From contig JAPYTQ010000029.1 in NCBI GenBank assembly GCA_029941905.1, positions 1,659 through 65,658 on the forward strand: a stretch of DNA of 64,000 bases, written 5' to 3'. The position numbers were made by a program, and so were the translations under genes. Position 1 is the first letter of the stretch. Each line of letters starts with the position of its first letter. This DNA comes from Pseudomonadales bacterium (GTDB lineage: Bacteria; Pseudomonadota; Gammaproteobacteria; Pseudomonadales; Azotimanducaceae). The notes under the pieces were generated by a model. It was not told the origin of the DNA and ran no database searches. It saw nothing but the letters and a program-made list of their open reading frames with translations. Below, piece after piece: positions 26,396 through 35,764 of this stretch.

Positions 26396-27481
26396 CTACT
26401 GATCAAACATGATGATATGGCGGGCTTCCTGTCCAGACTTCAGGGCATTAAGCGCGTCGTTGACGTCTGCCAGCTTGATATGCTTTGAAATCATCTGGTC
26501 CAGGTGTAATTTTCCATCAAGATAGAAATCAACGAATCGGGGCATATCAACGCGAAAACGGTTTGAGCCCATATTGGAGCCCTGGATTTTCTTTTCTGAG
26601 AGAAAATCAACACCGTGTAACTCAACCATGGTACCGACTGGGATCATGCCGATAATAGTTGCCACACCGCCAGCCCCCAGCATCTGGAAAGACTGCTCTG
26701 CCGTGGCTTTGAGGCCGATGGCTTCAAATGAATAGTCACAACCGCCCTGGGTGAGTTCTTTGACTTCGTCGACAGCATCTCCAGAACTGGCGTTGACTGT
26801 ATGGGTAGCGCCTACTGCCTTGGCGAGTTCCAGTTTTGACTCAACCATATCAACGGCAATGATTTGTGAGGCGCCAGCAATGGCAGCGCCGTTAACAGCG
26901 GCAAGCCCAACACCGCCACAACCGATTACAGCAACAGTTGATCCAGGTTCTACCTTGGCGGTATGGAATACTGCACCCACGCCGGTGGTTGTGGAGCAGC
27001 CAATCAGCGCTGCCCTGTCCATAGGCATATCTTCGCGAACCTTCACCAGTGCGTGTTCGTGGATGAGCATGAGCTCTGCGAAAGATGAAAGATTCAGAAA
27101 CTGGTGAACAGCGTTGCCATTCTGCGAAATACGGGATTCTTCTTCCGCCTTGCGTGAAACCTCGGGTGAACTGCACAACGAAAGATGACCGGTCAGGCAT
27201 TTATTGCAGTGGCCACAGAAAGCAGAAAGACAAGTAATGACATGGTCACCTTTTTTAACATAAGTCACATCAGAGCCAACTTCCTCGACAACACCGGCGC
27301 TCTCATGGCCGAGAATAGTCGGCAGTAAATAAGGATAAGATCCATCCATAAAGTGCAGGTCACTGTGACACACGCCAGCGGCAATCGGTCGGACCAGTAC
27401 TTCTCGAGGTGCAGGTTTGGAAATCTGCACTTCTTCGATCTCCATGGGAACATTTGCCTCGCGCAACACGGCTGCTTTCAT
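26396..27481 (-). CDS. zinc-dependent alcohol dehydrogenase family protein
   Basis: GVCHSDLH, GHESAGVVEEVG, and GCGGVGL Rossmann motif. Confidence 0.85.
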   Translation of the reverse strand: MKAAVLREANVPMEIEEVQISKPAPREVLVRPIAAGVCHSDLHFMDGSYPYLLPTILGHESAGVVEEVGSDVTYVKKGDHVITCLSAFCGHCNKCLTGHLSLCSSPEVSRKAEEESRISQNGNAVHQFLNLSSFAELMLIHEHALVKVREDMPMDRAALIGCSTTTGVGAVFHTAKVEPGSTVAVIGCGGVGLAAVNGAAIAGASQIIAVDMVESKLELAKAVGATHTVNASSGDAVDEVKELTQGGCDYSFEAIGLKATAEQSFQMLGAGGVATIIGMIPVGTMVELHGVDFLSEKKIQGSNMGSNRFRVDMPRFVDFYLDGKLHLDQMISKHIKLADVNDALNALKSGQEARHIIMFDQ

Positions 27482-27642
27482 GATTCTTCCTTTATCTGGA
27501 GATATTTAGGGCACTAAAACTACCACGATTATGAAGCGAAAAGCTATGAGATTGCTTGAAACCATTTTGAAGCCATTTATAGCCATTTATAGAAGCAGCC
27601 TGAAGAATGCTCTGATAATAAGTCCCGGGAATAACGTAAGAT

Positions 27643-28149
27643 ATGCCAATGCAAACCCCGGTCATTATCGCCCTGGGATCGAATCTCGATTCCAATTTCG
27701 GTGGGCCCAAAGACAATCTGCTGGCTGCGGCAGGTGAGATTCAATCCGCGCTTGACGCTAGCGGCTGTTTGTCCTCCTTTTGGCAATCTGAACCACAGGA
27801 TATGTCAGTCGGAACCGCAAATTTCGTCAATGCAGTTGTCGAAATCAGTACATCGCTATCGGCCAGGGAATTGCTCGATACCCTGCATGGCATTGAAATA
27901 AAAATGGGTCGACCTGCTGAGCATGGGTCGAACAGATCCCGAACGATAGATCTGGATATCATTACTTATGGCGATAGCCAGATCGACGAACCGGATCTAA
28001 TCGTGCCCCATCCACAAGCGCATGCTCGGCTGTTTGTTCTGTTGCCCCTGGCTGAGTTAAGTCCGGAGCTGGTTCTACCGGGTCAGACCCTGACGGTCAG
28101 GGAACTAATTCCTACGGCAAAGGCAATGAAGATAAGTCGAGTGAAGTAG
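27643..28149 (+). CDS. folK: 2-amino-4-hydroxy-6-hydroxymethyldihydropteridine diphosphokinase
   Basis: IALGSNL, NAVVEI, RTIDLDII, VPHP, and R.FVL.PL. Confidence 0.85.
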   Translation: MPMQTPVIIALGSNLDSNFGGPKDNLLAAAGEIQSALDASGCLSSFWQSEPQDMSVGTANFVNAVVEISTSLSARELLDTLHGIEIKMGRPAEHGSNRSRTIDLDIITYGDSQIDEPDLIVPHPQAHARLFVLLPLAELSPELVLPGQTLTVRELIPTAKAMKISRVK

Positions 28150-28239
28150 GTTCTATCGGCACTAAGCTCAACTACCATATTTATAGTATCCTTTCCCTCT
28201 CAACGCGGTGTGACTCAAGAAAAGTGAACAGCGTCAACC

Positions 28240-29787
28240 CTAGATTTTCGCCTCAGAACTCCAATAGCTATCTCGGAGCTTTCTCTTGTACAACTTACCG
28301 GTAGGATGACGTGGCAACTGCTCGATAAAATCAATGCTCTTTGGGCACTTCACATGGGAGATGCTTTGTCGGCAATACTTTATCAGTTCTACGGCGAGAT
28401 CTTCACTGGCCAGCGCAGGGTCCAGAAGTTCAACCACCGCTTTAACTTCCTCGCCAAATTCATCATTCGGCACGCCGAACACCGCGACATCAGCCACCAG
28501 ATCATGGTTAATCAGAATATTCTCGGTTTCCTGCGGGTAGATATTGACCCCCCCGGAAATGATCATAAACAACTTTCGGTCTCGTAAATAAAGATAGCCT
28601 TCGTCGTCGACATATCCCATATCGCTCAGCGTCGACCAGCCTGCTTTGTTCTTGGCCTGGGCGGTTTTCTCCGGATCCTTGTAATAACTGAAATCTGATC
28701 CGTTGGCGAAATACACGGTGCCAATCTCACCATTCGGGACTTCAGCGCCAGCGTCATCCAGGATGCGGAGCTCACCGTGTATTGCCTTGCCGACACTGCC
28801 CTTGTGTGTCAACCATTCTTCTGTAGTGATGGCGGTAGAGCCATTGGCTTCAGTCCCTGAATAGTATTCGTAGAGTTTTGGACCAAACCAGTCAATGATT
28901 TTTTGCTTAATGTCGATTGGACATGGTGCGGCGGCGTGAATGACGTACTCCAGGCTGGAGACATCGTATGCGAGTCGGGTTTGCTCCGGCAGCTTCAGCA
29001 TCCGGACAAACATGGTGGGCACCCATTGGCTGTGGGTAATATCGTCCCGTTGAATAAGCGCGAGCGCGGTTTCGGGGTCAAACTTCTCCATGATGGTCGC
29101 GGTACCCCCCAGTCGGGTCACCATCATGTTGTATCGTAGCGGGGCAGAGTGATAAAGCGGTGCTGTCGACAGGTATCGTGTGTCAGCTGAGACATTGTGA
29201 AGTTTTACCCGGGTTGTAAACAAGGTCGACACCGTTCCCATAGGTGCTCGTCGCAGCGGAAATCGCACGCCTTTCGGAACGCCAGTGGTGCCTGATGAAT
29301 AGATCATTTCAGCACCTTCACATTCATCGACAACAGGAGAGGATGGAAATGCGCTCAGCGCCCGGTGCCAGTTGGGTGCCGCGACGGTTTCGCCATCGAT
29401 TAGAAAGACGTGTATGTCTTGTAACTCCTCCGGGATAAGCTTGTCGAGATACTCTTGCCTGGTCACCAGAATTTTAACGTCAGAGTTTTTCAGAATGTAA
29501 TGTATTTCGCCAGGCTGAAAAAGGATGCTGATCGGGGTGTAGTAGAGACCGGAACGCTGAGCTGCCCAGGTAATCTTGAGATAATTCTCATCGTTGTTTA
29601 GCAGCAGGGCGACTCCATCACCCGGTACGAGTCCATAGTGCCGAAATAGATGGGCGCCACGATTAGAGGCATCGTTGAGTTGCTGGTAGGTGACCGTTTT
29701 ACCTGAGGCGGCCATTTGATAGGCGAATTTATCGCCCTGGGTCTTAGCGTGGATTCCCGGGTAAAGTGGTGTAGTAGCCTGTATCAC
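28240..29787 (-). CDS. acyl-CoA synthetase (AMP-forming, ANL superfamily)
   Basis: AMP-binding motif YSSGTTGVPKG, YYSGTE, GYVDDEGYLYLRDR, and PTGKLYKR. GTG start. Confidence 0.85.
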   Translation of the reverse strand: MIQATTPLYPGIHAKTQGDKFAYQMAASGKTVTYQQLNDASNRGAHLFRHYGLVPGDGVALLLNNDENYLKITWAAQRSGLYYTPISILFQPGEIHYILKNSDVKILVTRQEYLDKLIPEELQDIHVFLIDGETVAAPNWHRALSAFPSSPVVDECEGAEMIYSSGTTGVPKGVRFPLRRAPMGTVSTLFTTRVKLHNVSADTRYLSTAPLYHSAPLRYNMMVTRLGGTATIMEKFDPETALALIQRDDITHSQWVPTMFVRMLKLPEQTRLAYDVSSLEYVIHAAAPCPIDIKQKIIDWFGPKLYEYYSGTEANGSTAITTEEWLTHKGSVGKAIHGELRILDDAGAEVPNGEIGTVYFANGSDFSYYKDPEKTAQAKNKAGWSTLSDMGYVDDEGYLYLRDRKLFMIISGGVNIYPQETENILINHDLVADVAVFGVPNDEFGEEVKAVVELLDPALASEDLAVELIKYCRQSISHVKCPKSIDFIEQLPRHPTGKLYKRKLRDSYWSSEAKI

Positions 29788-30113
29788 TACTCTTTCTTGG
29801 GGGTAAAAGCCGGTGTGGGGAAATGCGACACATTGGTGCCCTTGGGTTCGCTTATTTTACCCACGCCTTCTTTGGCGACCTCATCGATACGAACAATGGA
29901 ATGCATGGGAATATAGCTGCGATTGACACCCTCAAACTCAGATTTCAGCTTTTCTTCTGCTGGATCGACCAGCATCTGGGAACGTTCGCCAAAAACGAGT
30001 TGTTCTACCTCTACGAAACCATACAGGTCGCTCTGGTAGATCTGATGAGCATAAATCTCAAAGATCTGACCTTGATTGTAGAAAATAACCTTGTAAATTG
30101 GCGTGCTCGACAT
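29787..30113 (-). CDS. DUF1820-like protein
   Basis: IYKVIFYNQGQIFEIYA...YGFVEVE..VFGE. The stop shares a base with the GTG start of the downstream acyl-CoA synthetase. The family name is from memory. Confidence 0.65.
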   Translation of the reverse strand: MSSTPIYKVIFYNQGQIFEIYAHQIYQSDLYGFVEVEQLVFGERSQMLVDPAEEKLKSEFEGVNRSYIPMHSIVRIDEVAKEGVGKISEPKGTNVSHFPTPAFTPKKE

Positions 30114-30279
30114 ATTTCCAGATCGTTCCTGTAAGAATAATGCTAATGGTGTAAAGCCCATTAAGGGATAGAGTGAGCGAGTGTCCTCACAATAGCAAGG
30201 GTTCTTCGTAAGCATATATGTGTATGAAACCGTAAATTTCAAGGGGCTTTACTACCCCTCGCGGTATCAACTGTCTATA

Positions 30280-31650
30280 ATGCGGCTCCCAAAAATTGGT
30301 TCCAAGATCGACGTGCAGAAAGTTTTCATCAAAACCCACGGCTGCCAGATGAATGAATATGATTCATCGAGAATGCTGGATCTTCTTAAGGCAGTTCAAG
30401 GCTATGAGCAGACGGATTGCGAAGCAGAAGCAGACCTGCTGCTGCTTAATACCTGCTCCATACGTGAGAAGGCACAGGAGAGGGTTTTTCACCAGTTAGG
30501 GCGCTGGCGCAAGCTGAAGGAAGAAAATCCAAATCTGAAAATTGGCGTGGGTGGTTGTGTGGCTAGTCAGGAAGGTGTCGCGATTAGTGTACGGGCTCCC
30601 TATGTTGATGTGATCTTTGGTCCACAGACATTGCACCGATTGCCCGAGTTGATTGTCAATGCAACGAACTCTCAATCGGCGGTTGTAGATATTAGTTTTC
30701 CGGAGATCGAGAAGTTTGACAACCTGCCTGAGCCTTCCGTTTCTGGCCCCAGTGCGTTTGTTTCGATTATGGAAGGCTGCAGCAAATACTGTTCCTTCTG
30801 CGTTGTGCCCTATACTCGGGGTGAAGAGGTCAGTCGACCCATGAACGATGTGCTGCGGGAAATCCTGAACCTGGCCGAAAAGGGCGTAAGGGAGGTAAAC
30901 CTGCTGGGGCAAAATGTAAATGCCTATCGTGGCGATGCAGGGGATGGTTCGACGGTAGATCTGGCGTACCTGATTAGCATCATCGCAGATATTGAAGGTA
31001 TCGACCGTATTCGATACACCACTTCTCATCCAGTCGAATTTACTGACAGCCTGATTGATATTTATGCGGATGTGCCAGAACTGGTGAGTCACGTACATTT
31101 ACCTGTTCAAAGTGGCTCCGACAGGATTCTCGCCGGGATGAAGCGAGGCCATACAGTACTTGAGTACAAGTCAAAAATTCGGCGCCTCAAGAAGATTCGA
31201 CCTGATATCAGCATGTCGTCAGATTTTATTATCGGATTTCCGGGTGAGACTAACGATGACTTCGAGGCGACAATGAATTTGATAGTGGATATTGGTTTCG
31301 ACCACTCATTCAGTTTTATATATAGTGCCCGACCTGGGACTCCCGCTGCAGATTTGCCTGATGATACCTCGATGGAAACCAAGAAAGAGAGGCTCGGAAT
31401 TCTACAGGATCGAATAAGCACCCAGGCGATGCAAATTAGCCGGAAAATGGTCGGTGGCATCCAGACAGTCCTGGTCACCGGGGTATCGAAGAAAGATCCT
31501 GGTCAGTTGCAAGCCAGAACTGAAAACAATCGGGTCGTCAACTTTCGAGCGACAGATCCCGGGCTCATTGGACAGTTTGTGATTATTGAAATTACCGAAG
31601 CATTGCCAAATTCCCTGCGTGGAAGTTTCACCGGATTGGTCAGTTCGTAG
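30280..31650 (+). CDS. miaB: tRNA-2-methylthio-N6-dimethylallyladenosine synthase
   Basis: [13 protein letters not shown], radical-SAM [11 protein letters not shown], and a TRAM C-terminus. The start could also be GTG 30313. Confidence 0.9.
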   Translation: MRLPKIGSKIDVQKVFIKTHGCQMNEYDSSRMLDLLKAVQGYEQTDCEAEADLLLLNTCSIREKAQERVFHQLGRWRKLKEENPNLKIGVGGCVASQEGVAISVRAPYVDVIFGPQTLHRLPELIVNATNSQSAVVDISFPEIEKFDNLPEPSVSGPSAFVSIMEGCSKYCSFCVVPYTRGEEVSRPMNDVLREILNLAEKGVREVNLLGQNVNAYRGDAGDGSTVDLAYLISIIADIEGIDRIRYTTSHPVEFTDSLIDIYADVPELVSHVHLPVQSGSDRILAGMKRGHTVLEYKSKIRRLKKIRPDISMSSDFIIGFPGETNDDFEATMNLIVDIGFDHSFSFIYSARPGTPAADLPDDTSMETKKERLGILQDRISTQAMQISRKMVGGIQTVLVTGVSKKDPGQLQARTENNRVVNFRATDPGLIGQFVIIEITEALPNSLRGSFTGLVSS

Positions 31651-31773
31651 TGGCCTGGTCAAATTGAACAAAAAAACTCCAATTCTGCGCTTTCAAGTCC
31701 CTATTTGTAGGTATATCCTAGCGTCAATCCTTACATTACCAGCGGTCACCGAGACAAGCTCCTGATACAGCCA

Positions 31774-32757
31774 TTGGACGCGCACATTCAACCTCACCAG
31801 ATAAAACTGGAACCTAACGAAAGTGGTTTACTCGCCACCCTGTGCGGGCCTTATGATGCCCACTTACGTCAAATTGAAAAGCGTCTGGGCATAACCATTA
31901 AGAACCGCGGTAATGATTTCCAGATAGTAGGTGACCAAAAGCTGATTCATGCTGCAGGTGAGTTACTCAATCATCTGTATAGAGAAGTGAATAACGGCAT
32001 AAACCTCACAGCTGAGATAGTGCACTTGTTTTTACAGGAGTCGGGTATTGATTCACTGATGAATAATGAAGCTGACGGGTCTGACGACCTTGTCTCGACC
32101 CGGAAAAAGAGCGTCAAACCTCGCGGCATGAATCAGATCAAGTATGTGCGGGCTATTCGAAGTAACGATATTAACTTCGGTATAGGTCCCGCAGGGACAG
32201 GGAAAACCTATCTGGCCGTTGCCTGTGCAGTTGAAGCACTTGAACAGGAAAGAACCAGAAGGATTCTATTGGTTCGACCGGCAGTCGAGGCAGGTGAAAA
32301 ATTAGGGTTTCTGCCGGGAGATCTAAGCCAGAAAATTGACCCCTACCTCAGGCCGCTTTACGACGCATTGTATGAAATGATGGGATTTGAGCAGGTTGAA
32401 AGGCTGATGGAAAAAAATGTCATAGAGGTGGCACCCCTGGCATTCATGAGAGGTCGTACATTGAACGATGCATTTGTCATACTTGATGAGAGCCAGAATA
32501 CAACTGTCGAACAAATGAAGATGTTCCTTACCCGGGTTGGCTTTGGCTCCACAGTTGTCGTCACAGGTGATATCACGCAGATCGATTTACCCAGCAAGAT
32601 GAAATCCGGTTTGAGACATGTATTGCAGGTGCTGAATGATGTCAACGGAATCTCGTTTACACACTTCAACGCTAAAGATGTTGTCAGGCACCCTCTGGTG
32701 CAAAGAATCGTTGAAGCTTATGAGAAACACGAAACAGAAACCGGAAATGGCGACTAA
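31774..32757 (+). CDS. ybeZ: PhoH-like ATPase
   Basis: Walker A GPAGTGKTYLA and FLPGDL..K.DPYLRPLYDAL. TTG start is uncertain. Confidence 0.9.
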   Translation: MDAHIQPHQIKLEPNESGLLATLCGPYDAHLRQIEKRLGITIKNRGNDFQIVGDQKLIHAAGELLNHLYREVNNGINLTAEIVHLFLQESGIDSLMNNEADGSDDLVSTRKKSVKPRGMNQIKYVRAIRSNDINFGIGPAGTGKTYLAVACAVEALEQERTRRILLVRPAVEAGEKLGFLPGDLSQKIDPYLRPLYDALYEMMGFEQVERLMEKNVIEVAPLAFMRGRTLNDAFVILDESQNTTVEQMKMFLTRVGFGSTVVVTGDITQIDLPSKMKSGLRHVLQVLNDVNGISFTHFNAKDVVRHPLVQRIVEAYEKHETETGNGD

Positions 32758-33235
32758 CTGTTCGAACGAGATCGAAATCTCCCGGGGCTGCCATCAAAAT
32801 CCGGCAACCATGCCTGAAGATGAATTAATCAAAGCCTGGTCCAGTGAGGCTTTGATGGGGAGCGGGATTGGCGGTGCAGAAGTTTCAGTCTCCATTAGAA
32901 TTGTTTCAAGTGAGGAAATGACAAGTCTGAACTCAGAATTTCGAAGTATTAAAGCCCCGACAAATGTGCTTTCTTTTCCCATGGACACAGAGTTAGATGG
33001 GGGTCGGCGATTGTTGGGTGATATCGCGATTTGTGCGGACGTGGTTATTGCCGAGGCCCGGGAGCAAGGAAAGTCTAACCATGCTCACTTTGCCCATATG
33101 CTGGTCCATGGCATTCTCCACCTCAGGGGCTTTGATCACTTGGAAGACGATCAGGCACTTAAAATGGAACAGATAGAGGTTGAGATTTTGCGTACAATGG
33201 GATTCCCGAATCCATATAGGTATCCGACAGCATGA
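32747..33235 (+). CDS. ybeY: rRNA maturation endoribonuclease YbeY
   Basis: HGILHLRGFDH zinc motif. The ATG overlaps the phoH-like stop. Confidence 0.9.
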   Translation: MATNCSNEIEISRGCHQNPATMPEDELIKAWSSEALMGSGIGGAEVSVSIRIVSSEEMTSLNSEFRSIKAPTNVLSFPMDTELDGGRRLLGDIAICADVVIAEAREQGKSNHAHFAHMLVHGILHLRGFDHLEDDQALKMEQIEVEILRTMGFPNPYRYPTA

Positions 33236-33254
33236 GCTGCGAAGAGGACCTGCA

Positions 33255-34097
33255 ATGACAGCGGAAGGTTCGAGCGGTGACAGTCGAAGCTGGGTGGAGC
33301 GAATATCACGGGCACTTAGCAGGGAAGCCGAGTCAAGGTCCGAACTGGTGGAGTTACTTAGGTCTGCCCAGAGAAGAAATATTCTTGATGCAGAAGTATT
33401 GAGCATTATTGAAGGCGCGTTGACTGTGTCCGATATGCAAGCACGGGAGATTATGATTCCCCGGTCACAGATGAAAGTTGTTAGGCTGGATATGACGCCG
33501 GAAGAAATATTACCTTTCGTGATCGAATCCGGGCACTCCAGATTTCCCGTATTGGCAGATAATCCAGATGACGTGCTGGGGATCTTGTTGGCAAAAGACT
33601 TGTTGCCGTTGTCCATTGGCGACAGGAAAAATAAATTTAACATGCGAGACCTGTTACGGCCTTGCACTGCGATTCCGGAGAGTAAACGGGTCAACATTCT
33701 GCTGCAGGAATTCAGACAAACTAAAAATCATATGGCAGTGGTGTACGATGAATATGGCGGTGTGTCTGGTATTGTCACCATTGAGGATGTGTTAGAACAG
33801 ATCGTCGGTGATATCGAGGACGAATACGATTTTGGCGAAGAGGACTTTATCATGAAACACGCCGATGGCAGTTATACCGTCAAGGCGTTAACGCCAGTGG
33901 ATGAGTTTAATGCCGCGTTCGGCAGTGATTTTTCAGACGAAGAATTCGATACCATCGGTGGCGTTGTTACGCATCATTTTGGCCACCTGCCAAAAAGGGG
34001 TGAGAAGGTGGATGTGTTTGGGTTCCAGTTTACAGTCCTCAACGCAGACAGTCGTAGGATTAGATTGTTGTCGTTGACACTCATCCCGACAGCATAA
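33255..34097 (+). CDS. corC: CBS-pair / CorC_HlyC domain protein (Mg/Co efflux-associated)
   Basis: REIMIPRSQM, HSRFPV, VVYDEYGGVSGIVTIEDVLEQIVGDIEDE, and the conserved position after ybeY. Confidence 0.85.
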   Translation: MTAEGSSGDSRSWVERISRALSREAESRSELVELLRSAQRRNILDAEVLSIIEGALTVSDMQAREIMIPRSQMKVVRLDMTPEEILPFVIESGHSRFPVLADNPDDVLGILLAKDLLPLSIGDRKNKFNMRDLLRPCTAIPESKRVNILLQEFRQTKNHMAVVYDEYGGVSGIVTIEDVLEQIVGDIEDEYDFGEEDFIMKHADGSYTVKALTPVDEFNAAFGSDFSDEEFDTIGGVVTHHFGHLPKRGEKVDVFGFQFTVLNADSRRIRLLSLTLIPTA

Positions 34098-34106
34098 GTC
34101 CCTGTC

Positions 34107-35645
34107 TTGATAGATGCGTTTCTTACCAGAATAAATCCGGCATACTCACGGACAGCGCCCATCGCCTCTGATGCACTTGCCCTTGCGGGCGGTTGTGTTT
34201 ATCCGCTGGCGTTTGCCCCATTTGATATTCAGCTTTTTGGGGTTGCGTCATTGCTGATGTTGCTGATCGCGATCGATACCGAATCGACCCGAAGAAACAT
34301 CCTGCGGTTTTATCTTTTCGGTCTCGGCATGTATGGCATTGGCATTTCCTGGATATATGTATCCATCCATGAACATGGCGGTGCCGGGCCGCTGCTCGCC
34401 GGTAGCCTGGTGTTCCTGTTTGTACTCGCGATATCATCTCCTCTGTTGATTTTGGGCTATCTGTACGAACGGTTTTTCAAATCTGGAACGCTGGGTGTTG
34501 TCGTCGGATTTAGTGTCCTGTGGATACTGAAGGAATGGATATACACTTGGTTCTTAACCGGGTTCCCATGGCTTCTGCTGGGATACAGTCAGTTAGATAT
34601 GCCCCTTGCAGGGTATGGTCCTTTTCTTGGCGTCCTCGGGGTTGGCTTCTTTGTGGTGCTGACTGCATCGCTTTTATTTGTTGGCCTTAAAACTCGATCC
34701 AGGCATGTCTGGGGTGCCACCGCTCTCATCTTGTCTGTAGTCTGGTTAACGGGATATGGCTTGTCCCGAATCCAACTTGTATCAGCAGAGGGCAAGCCGA
34801 TCACGGTGAGCTTAATACAGGGCAATATTGAACAGCAGATTAAGTGGCAGCCGGGAAAGGCCTGGTCCATTGTTAAAACATACATGGATCTCAGCCGCGA
34901 TGAATGGGGCAGGCAACTGGTGGTGTGGCCCGAAGCAGCTATTCCCGTGTTTCGGGAGGGCGCTTCGGATCTACTGCAGAATCTTGGCGCGACTGCGAAA
35001 GCAGAAGGCTCAACCCTGTTGTTGGGTATACCTGACCGGGATAAAAATGGAAATTTTCTAAATTCTGCAATTTCGATCGGCAATGGTGAAGGTCAATATA
35101 TTAAAAGGCGGTTAGTGCCGTTTGGTGAGTATGTTCCATTGGAAGGGTTGTTGAGAGGAGTAATCCAATTATTTGATCTGCCTATGTCACACAATCAAAT
35201 TGGCGACTGGGATCAGCCATTGTTACTTGCGGGTGATTTCAAGCTGGCAGTCTCCATTTGTTATGAAATCGTGTTTCCTGACCTGGTTCGCCACACGCCC
35301 CAGTCGCCGGATTTACTGGTGACTATCAGCAATGATACGTGGTTCGGTGAGTCGATTGGGCCATTGCAGCATATGCAGATGGCGCGAATGCGAGCCCTGG
35401 AAAATGGACGCTACGTCATAAGGGCCACCAACAATGGTGTGTCTGCGCTGGTCGATCATCACGGTAAGGTGCTCAAAACCCTTCCTCGGTTTGAACCAGG
35501 CGTGCTGCGGGGTGAAGTTATAAAGATGGTGGGGGTTACACCTTTCAGCCGTTTTGGGCACTTCCCGATCCTTATGGTGATGTTGTTGTTGCTGGTGTTG
35601 TTGCAGGTGGCAGAGAAAGTCTGGCAGCAGCGGCAAGCAGGATAG
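34107..35645 (+). CDS. lnt: apolipoprotein N-acyltransferase
   Basis: Multi-TM N-terminus plus a CN-hydrolase domain (WPE, ICYE). Conserved position. Confidence 0.9.
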   Translation: MIDAFLTRINPAYSRTAPIASDALALAGGCVYPLAFAPFDIQLFGVASLLMLLIAIDTESTRRNILRFYLFGLGMYGIGISWIYVSIHEHGGAGPLLAGSLVFLFVLAISSPLLILGYLYERFFKSGTLGVVVGFSVLWILKEWIYTWFLTGFPWLLLGYSQLDMPLAGYGPFLGVLGVGFFVVLTASLLFVGLKTRSRHVWGATALILSVVWLTGYGLSRIQLVSAEGKPITVSLIQGNIEQQIKWQPGKAWSIVKTYMDLSRDEWGRQLVVWPEAAIPVFREGASDLLQNLGATAKAEGSTLLLGIPDRDKNGNFLNSAISIGNGEGQYIKRRLVPFGEYVPLEGLLRGVIQLFDLPMSHNQIGDWDQPLLLAGDFKLAVSICYEIVFPDLVRHTPQSPDLLVTISNDTWFGESIGPLQHMQMARMRALENGRYVIRATNNGVSALVDHHGKVLKTLPRFEPGVLRGEVIKMVGVTPFSRFGHFPILMVMLLLLVLLQVAEKVWQQRQAG

Positions 35646-35764
35646 CGGAAATACCTGCTTAATCAGAGGTTCCATAGGTGAATTGGATATCACCTGACAG
35701 GATGATCGGGTAGAATCCGGTTTCTTTTTTTCTGGTTCGAGCAACAAGAAACGACGAAACGATC

